Below are positions 1-4,243 of a stretch of 4,243 nt of DNA, piece by piece. The notes below the pieces were generated by a model, which made no database searches, was not told the DNA's origin, and was given only the letters and a program-made list of their open reading frames with translations. The DNA is from a virus (Duplodnaviria; Heunggongvirae; Uroviricota; Caudoviricetes). How positions within the stretch are numbered: position 1 is the first letter of the stretch; the number at the start of each line of letters is the position of its first letter. The position numbers and the translations under genes were made by a program. The stretch lies in the IMG/VR virus record IMGVR_UViG_3300014510_000013; one strand, 5' to 3'.

Positions 1-349
1 GCGCCGCCTCAATTGCAGATAATCTTTGTCTTAATTCTGCGTTTTCTTCTTCCAGTGCTGTTATTCTGTCGTCTGACTCTCTGGCTACCTGAACAAGCAA
101 GCCAGTAACACCAGAATAATCTACTGTGTAATAACGTTCACCTTCTTCACCTTCCGATCCGCTCGCACCGTCCTGATATTTCATTGCGGAACCTACAACT
201 TCTGGGATTGCTTCCAGAGCTTCCTGTGCAATGACACCAGCATAGGGCATACCGTTTTCTTTAAGCGTGTATGTATAGCCGTTCATTTTACGGATGCGGT
301 CGGTTGCATTATCGATCACCTGAATGTTGTCTTTCAGATCCCGGTCGGA
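1..349 (-). other. Region encoding the intramolecular chaperone auto-processing domain (predicted cleavage before Ser227, codon 349..347; Lys232 codon 334..332)
   Basis: HSDRDLK motif with Ser/Lys spacing identical to the catalytic dyad of S74 chaperone domains; downstream conserved blocks as listed for the parent CDS. Confidence 0.65.
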
Positions 350-1027
350 ATGCTGGTTAAATGCGGTGGCATGACATGCACCATTAACGCTTAACATATA
401 GGTGTTATCGGTATTTTTCTGCGCATAGAACATATAAGCGCCACCATCAACACCGACTTCATAAACAACCGGACGGCTAGAGTTGCCCCACAATTTAGCA
501 GTAACACCAGCATAAGCGGTTCCCTGTGTGGTTAATGTCATGGTTGACCCGTGATTAGCATATTTGATCTGTAATGAGTCTGTATTATCAAACTTAATAA
601 GCGCGTTACTTCCCCGCACACCATACGACATGAGACAGTTCCCCATCTTAAGGTAACCATCACTGCCTGGAAAAATTAAAGTTCCTCCGTTAAGATCACT
701 AAAGTCCCAAAAGATACCTTTTGTCCCGTTATGTGTGACGATCCTCGTCATTGTATCTTTAGTACCATCAATATTTTTTCTGGTATATATGTCACTATAA
801 GCGTTTTCCGTTTCACCAGTCTTATTTGACAAATGCAGCTTACCGCTGAATATAGTTCCAGTTGTTGGCAATGTTTTTTGATCATAGATTACTTTGCAAT
901 AACCATTCCATGTTGTTTTATTGTCTACATAAGATTTTGTTGCGTAGCTTCCTTGATCGTTTTTTAATTTGCTAACGTCGGATTTTAGCGTTTTGATGTC
1001 ATCAGGAATTACTGTTTTTGTAACCAT
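1..1027 (-). CDS. Tail fibre / tailspike-like protein with C-terminal intramolecular chaperone (peptidase S74-like) domain; partial, C-terminus runs off the window start
   Basis: Minus-strand reading frame open from ATG at 1027..1025 to the window edge (342 codons, no stop); not in the ORF track because it is partial. GGAG at 1038..1035, 7 nt upstream of the ATG. My hand translation begins MVTKTVIPDDIKTLKSDVSKLKNDQGSYATKSYVDNKTTWNGY. Residues 227-342 (nt 349..2) read SDRDLKDNIQVIDNATDRIRKMNGYTYTLKENGMPYAGVIAQEALEAIPEVV...ERYYTVDYSGVTGLLVQVARESDDRITALEEENAELRQRLSAIEAA, which matches the conserved pattern of the endosialidase/T5 L-shaped-fibre chaperone domain (Ser then Lys at i+5, G-x-IAQE, DYS..L..L, terminal helix). 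Family assignment is from memory, not a search. Confidence 0.75.
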   Translation of the reverse strand, partial: MVTKTVIPDDIKTLKSDVSKLKNDQGSYATKSYVDNKTTWNGYCKVIYDQKTLPTTGTIFSGKLHLSNKTGETENAYSDIYTRKNIDGTKDTMTRIVTHNGTKGIFWDFSDLNGGTLIFPGSDGYLKMGNCLMSYGVRGSNALIKFDNTDSLQIKYANHGSTMTLTTQGTAYAGVTAKLWGNSSRPVVYEVGVDGGAYMFYAQKNTDNTYMLSVNGACHATAFNQHSDRDLKDNIQVIDNATDRIRKMNGYTYTLKENGMPYAGVIAQEALEAIPEVVGSAMKYQDGASGSEGEEGERYYTVDYSGVTGLLVQVARESDDRITALEEENAELRQRLSAIEAA

Positions 1028-1039
1028 TGTCTTACTCCA

Positions 1040-1309
1040 TTAAGCCCATGTCCTTACATGCTGATCTGTCGTAATGAAAGGCATTAAAGAAGATATGTTT
1101 TTACTGCTATCAACAATCCTCATGTTTACGAAAAAACCACCGCGATCAATGCCTGTACATCTTTCGTTTTCTGGCTCCTCGTAATCAATAATGCAGCCAA
1201 TAACATCAACAAGAACCCCATTTTCTTCTTCAAGACTGAACAGGCCACTGTCATATACAATTGCGTTAAACTGTTCTCTGTTATCGAATCGTAATGTTAT
1301 ATCCCGCAT
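1040..1309 (-). CDS. Hypothetical small acidic protein (89 aa), translationally coupled to stf; function unknown, possibly a fibre assembly or adaptor factor
   Basis: ORF from the track. ATG at 1309..1307 shares one nucleotide with the stf stop TAA (1311..1309), giving a TAATG overlap. AAGGAA lies 8 nt upstream inside the stf 3' end. Stop TAA at 1042..1040. About 16 Asp+Glu versus 8 Lys+Arg; no transmembrane-length hydrophobic segment. I recognise no similarity to lambda Tfa / T4 gp38. Confidence 0.6.
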   Translation of the reverse strand: MRDITLRFDNREQFNAIVYDSGLFSLEEENGVLVDVIGCIIDYEEPENERCTGIDRGGFFVNMRIVDSSKNISSLMPFITTDQHVRTWA

Positions 1310-3672
1310 TATACGTATTCCTTAAGCTGCGTATCTGACAATGCTCTGTTCCAGAAACGGAGGTTTTTTATATGACCATTAAGGTGTCGTAATCCTGTCG
1401 TCGTTTGCCCCCCGATTCGAATCACGGCTGCTTCACGAATATATTTCCATACTGTTTTGGTTTCAGTGCTTATATGCTTATTTGCAAATGAGCATGTCAT
1501 GCCGTCAGCCTTAACCCTGAATCCCATAACGAGATCTCTTACTCCGCATGACTCATATACACGCCGGTTAGCCCCGCCTATATCGCAATACGAATAACCA
1601 TCCTGACTGATAGTTCCAGAAGAACCAAACCCCATAATAAATAGGCCTCCGGACTGGTGATTTTCTGAATCAATGACACGCGGTGCAGCATTATGAGAAA
1701 TAAACCAGTTTTTATGGACTTCCACCATGAACGTAAAAGGCATGGTATACATATTTTTCATCAGCGGAAACTTACATAAATCTGATGCACGAGTCGCTGG
1801 CTCTGTTGTCGTTATGATAAAGGAAGTTGCACAAGCACCATACTCAAATTGCGGGGTGGTTACTTCTATCCAGTCACCTGTTGCAAAAGACCCCACAGCT
1901 CTGTCGGCTGCAATTTGCAACTGCGTACCAACCATTCCCCATTCTGGCAGACATTTCAGGGTTGCCTGAAAATATATCCATCCACTACCTGGATCGATTT
2001 CAAAGTTTGCTGTTAATAGCTGGGCATTATCACCCGTAATTTGTAGTTCATGGGTCTGTAATGACAAATAGGCGTCACAAAGGAAAGTGTATCCTTCCGA
2101 GTTATACCGTTCAAAACGGATACGTGCGCGAACATTGAGATCACTTCTTACCCTGAACGACGCGGTAACATACGGACCTTTACTGTACTGATCATCGCCA
2201 GTCACATCTATGCCTCTATTACCAGCAACTGTGCATATATTTCTCCCTGTTGTCGTTCCTGCTATGTCGCTTCCTACTGTGAAACGTCCATATTTAAACT
2301 CAAATTCATCTGTTGATGATGTTACAGATATACCACCGCTTTTATTCCACGCATCAGGATTAAAACTATTTACGAACATGTTTGTTCGCTGATTCTCTAT
2401 CAGCAAACCATATTTTTCAAAACGAGGAACGTTATTCCCTGCCACGGTAATATGCCCGGACTTATCAATATACGTTGCAGATGAAGCCCGGCTAAATTGG
2501 CATATGCCATTAACTGGCACAGTAATTTCATCGCTGCCGATGGTTATTGTTTTATACCCCGGCGCATACCCTGTTATCGCTTCCAGAGAATCATTCAAGG
2601 GTAGCCAGATATCAGGAAGCGGAGGGACAGAAGCAGGATCAGCGGCATCTTCTGCAATCCTGGCTGCATTCTCTGCTCTTGTTGCGGCTGACGTTGCTTC
2701 TGTCTCGCTGGCTGCTGCTTTTGTTTCGCTCGCCTTTGCGTTAGTTTCACTGGTTTTTGCAGCTTTTTGGCTATTAGCTGCCGCTGTTGCAGAACCGGCT
2801 GCAGCACTCTCGCTTTCGGCTGCTGCATCCTGACTGCTTTTCGCCGCAGTTTCGCTGGCTTTGGCATTCGTTTCGCTGGTCTTTGCTGCCGTCTGGCTGG
2901 ACTTTGCGTTAGTTTCACTCGTCTTTNNNNNNNNNNNNNNNNNNNNNNNNNNNNNNNNNNNNNNNNNNNNNNNNNNNNNNNNNNNNNNNNNNNNNNNNNN
3001 NNNNNNNNNNNNNNNNNNNNNNNNNNNNNNNNNNTTTTTTGCCGCAGTTTCACTGGCTTTGGCATTCGTTTCGCTGGTCTTCGCTGCCGTCTGGCTGGAC
3101 TTTGCGTTGGTTTCGCTCGTCTTTGCGGCTGTCTCGCTGTTTTTTGCGTTGGTTTCTGATTTTTTGGCTGCTGTCGCGGAGTTTGCCGATGCAGTCTGCG
3201 AGGTCGCTGCCGCCTGTGCGCTGTTAGCTGCATTCGTTTCTGAGGTTTTCGCCGCGTTCTTCGATGATGCCGCTGCAGTTTCGGATTTCTTTGCCGCCGC
3301 TGCGCTCTGAGAGGCGGCTTCAGCGTTGCGTGCCGCTTCTTCCACCATTTCCTCAAAACGACGCAATGCCTCCGGCATGACATCATCTTCCGTCATGGCG
3401 CCGAGAAAATCATTCAGCGTACCTGGTCTGGAACCTTCATAGACGGTAATGGTCCCGGCATGTGAAGGCGGAAAACCTTCAACCAGCAGGATGACGCTGT
3501 ACTGGCCATACTCAACATCCAGGCTGTACCGTCCGTCTTCATCCGGATTTTCAGAGGCCACCGTGTTCACCAGTACCGTGGTGCTGTTACGCTTTGCCTT
3601 CAGTTGAATAGTGCAGTTCTGTATTGGTTTTCCCGCACCATCTTTCAGCACACCTGAAATCTGTACTGCCAT
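1309..3672 (-). CDS. stf: Side tail fibre protein: lambda Stf-like N-terminal domain, Ala/Ser/Thr-rich heptad-repeat shaft, divergent distal domain
   Basis: Long minus-strand ORF; the track starts at GTG 3678, but the in-frame ATG at 3672..3670 has GGAG at 3681..3678 and gives MAVQISGVLKDGAGKPIQNCTIQLKAKRNSTTV, which I recall as the conserved N-terminus of lambda-family Stf proteins (not searched). Central K-x-S-E-T-[N/A]-A heptads. C-terminus ends GHIKNLRFWNRALSDTQLKEYV, stop TAA 1311..1309. The ORF stays in frame across the 108-N run. Confidence 0.88.
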   Translation of the reverse strand: MAVQISGVLKDGAGKPIQNCTIQLKAKRNSTTVLVNTVASENPDEDGRYSLDVEYGQYSVILLVEGFPPSHAGTITVYEGSRPGTLNDFLGAMTEDDVMPEALRRFEEMVEEAARNAEAASQSAAAAKKSETAAASSKNAAKTSETNAANSAQAAATSQTASANSATAAKKSETNAKNSETAAKTSETNAKSSQTAAKTSETNAKASETAAKXXXXXXXXXXXXXXXXXXXXXXXXXXXXXXXXXXXXXKTSETNAKSSQTAAKTSETNAKASETAAKSSQDAAAESESAAAGSATAAANSQKAAKTSETNAKASETKAAASETEATSAATRAENAARIAEDAADPASVPPLPDIWLPLNDSLEAITGYAPGYKTITIGSDEITVPVNGICQFSRASSATYIDKSGHITVAGNNVPRFEKYGLLIENQRTNMFVNSFNPDAWNKSGGISVTSSTDEFEFKYGRFTVGSDIAGTTTGRNICTVAGNRGIDVTGDDQYSKGPYVTASFRVRSDLNVRARIRFERYNSEGYTFLCDAYLSLQTHELQITGDNAQLLTANFEIDPGSGWIYFQATLKCLPEWGMVGTQLQIAADRAVGSFATGDWIEVTTPQFEYGACATSFIITTTEPATRASDLCKFPLMKNMYTMPFTFMVEVHKNWFISHNAAPRVIDSENHQSGGLFIMGFGSSGTISQDGYSYCDIGGANRRVYESCGVRDLVMGFRVKADGMTCSFANKHISTETKTVWKYIREAAVIRIGGQTTTGLRHLNGHIKNLRFWNRALSDTQLKEYV
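2632..3330 (-). repeat. Tandem 21-nt (heptad-coding) repeat array inside stf, with higher-order units of about 198 nt
   Basis: Protein reads KKSETNA KNSETAA KTSETNA KSSQTAA KTSETNA KASETAA on both sides of the gap. On the + strand 2843..2926 and 3041..3124 are 84-nt copies with 4 mismatches, offset 198 nt. Confidence 0.8.
2927..3034. other. Run of 108 N (masked or unresolved sequence) inside the stf repeat array
   Basis: Directly visible; the length is a multiple of 3, so the stf frame continues across it. Confidence 0.99.
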
Positions 3673-3683
3673 ACTCACTCCAC

Positions 3684-3711
3684 AAATAAAAAAGGCGCCA
3701 TTGCTGGCGCC
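3684..3711 (-). terminator. Rho-independent terminator-like hairpin plus U-tract between the upstream tail gene and stf
   Basis: The minus strand reads GGCGCCA-GCAA-TGGCGCC (perfect 7-bp GC-rich stem, 4-nt loop; + coords 3711..3694) followed immediately by TTTTTTATTT (3693..3684). It lies between the upstream ORF stop (TGA 3735..3733) and the stf RBS. Confidence 0.6.
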
Positions 3712-3732
3712 CGTATTGGGGTTATAAATATT

Positions 3733-4243
3733 TCAACGGATACTGATACCGGAAGCAGCTTTTTTGGTCACAATCACCGTACAGTCTGTGATGTTTCCTG
3801 CGCCCTGATTGCCTTTCTGGAAAATCTTAAACTCCAGAGTGACGTTACCACCACCACTCGGCATATCAATAACCGCACTGTAACTACCGGGAATGGCTCC
3901 TTTAGTTTCTCTGGATGCGATTAATACGCCATTTTTGCGAACTTCAAAACCATAACCCGTGTATCGCGTACCTCCCGGGTTATTACCGCTCCCCGGATCG
4001 TCATACGCCACACCGTTAAAAATAATGGGCGGAATAATGATTTGGCGGTCAAAGTTATGATCATCGTAAATGGTGACTGTAACCGTCCCGTTTGGTGTTT
4101 CCGTGTTACCCCACGTACCAGCCTTTTTCGGGAATGATTTGGATACAGTTTTAACGAAGTCACCTCTGACCTGGTTCGCCTCCAGCATGCCCTTAATCGT
4201 ACAGTTTTCATTTACCGTGACATTATTGAGCGTCCCGGAGTTC
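3733..4243 (-). CDS. C-terminal fragment of a phage tail structural protein (possibly central tail fibre / host-specificity J-like); 5' end lies outside the window
   Basis: The track ORF starts at Met 4188, but the frame stays open upstream to the window end (my translation of 4243..4189: NSGTLNNVTVNENCTIKG, no stop), so it is the end of a longer protein. Gly/Thr/Val-rich, beta-strand-like composition; stop TGA 3735..3733. Immediately upstream of stf, where lambdoid phages carry J (and sometimes lom). This is not Lom-like by my recollection of the Lom sequence. Identity is tentative. Confidence 0.55.
   Translation of the reverse strand, partial: NSGTLNNVTVNENCTIKGMLEANQVRGDFVKTVSKSFPKKAGTWGNTETPNGTVTVTIYDDHNFDRQIIIPPIIFNGVAYDDPGSGNNPGGTRYTGYGFEVRKNGVLIASRETKGAIPGSYSAVIDMPSGGGNVTLEFKIFQKGNQGAGNITDCTVIVTKKAASGISIR

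Noticed and set aside
1038-1042. Two-codon mini-ORF (ATG GAG TAA) overlapping the orf89 stop
   Set aside because: It is a trivial consequence of the RBS and stop context, not a gene.
1040-1309. Calling the 89-aa ORF tfa because of its position after stf
   Set aside because: It is less than half the length of lambda Tfa and I see none of the Tfa / gp38 sequence features. Position alone is insufficient, so it is left as hypothetical.
1727-3310. Eight plus-strand ORFs (60-149 aa) lying antisense within stf, several Ala/Leu/Phe-rich (for example 2504..2833, 2767..3159, 2861..3310)
   Set aside because: They fall entirely inside the stf coding region on the opposite strand. Their low-complexity composition is what the reverse complement of GCN/TCN/ACN-rich repeats produces, and none has a convincing RBS. 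They are frame artefacts.
2632-3330. Tandem repeats as a possible CRISPR array or a diversity-generating retroelement target
   Set aside because: The repeats are contiguous 21-nt coding heptads with no unique spacers, no cas genes, no reverse transcriptase ORF and no template/variable repeat pair with adenine-specific differences visible in the window.
2595-3386. 263-aa Arg/Gln/Lys/Pro-rich ORF in an alternative frame of the minus strand overlapping stf
   Set aside because: It is an alternative-frame reading of the same tandem repeats (it also spans the N-run), highly low-complexity, and has no independent start context. Overprinting cannot be excluded, but there is no positive evidence for it.
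3676-3678. GTG start used by the ORF track for stf (MSM...)
   Set aside because: The in-frame ATG two codons downstream (3672..3670) has the GGAG at a workable spacing and gives the conserved MAVQISG N-terminus; the GTG has no usable RBS.
3921-4211. 96-aa minus-strand ORF overlapping the upstream tail-protein frame
   Set aside because: It is fully embedded in the longer open frame that continues to the window edge, and its composition is Arg/Thr-rich in a pattern typical of an off-frame read.

Overview
The window looks like the distal end of a tail-fibre (receptor-binding) gene cluster from an enterobacterial lambdoid prophage, with all four genes on the minus strand. Reading in the direction of transcription (high to low coordinates): (1) the C-terminal fragment of a beta-rich tail structural protein (3733..>4243); (2) an intrinsic terminator hairpin (3684..3711); (3) a 787-codon side tail fibre gene, stf (1309..3672), with a lambda-Stf-like N-terminus, a long heptad-repeat shaft interrupted by 108 masked N, and a divergent distal domain; (4) an 89-codon acidic ORF (1040..1309) whose ATG overlaps the stf stop; (5) a compact fibre/tailspike-like protein (<1..1027) whose C-terminus is an endosialidase-type intramolecular chaperone domain with the Ser/Lys dyad intact. 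I see no rRNA, tRNA, CRISPR array, transposase, integrase or recognisable defence or toxin gene. The most interesting candidate is the three-gene module stf / coupled orf89 / self-chaperoned short fibre, which sits where lambda-type phages carry stf-tfa. All homology statements come from memory of protein families, not from a search, and need HMM or structure confirmation.
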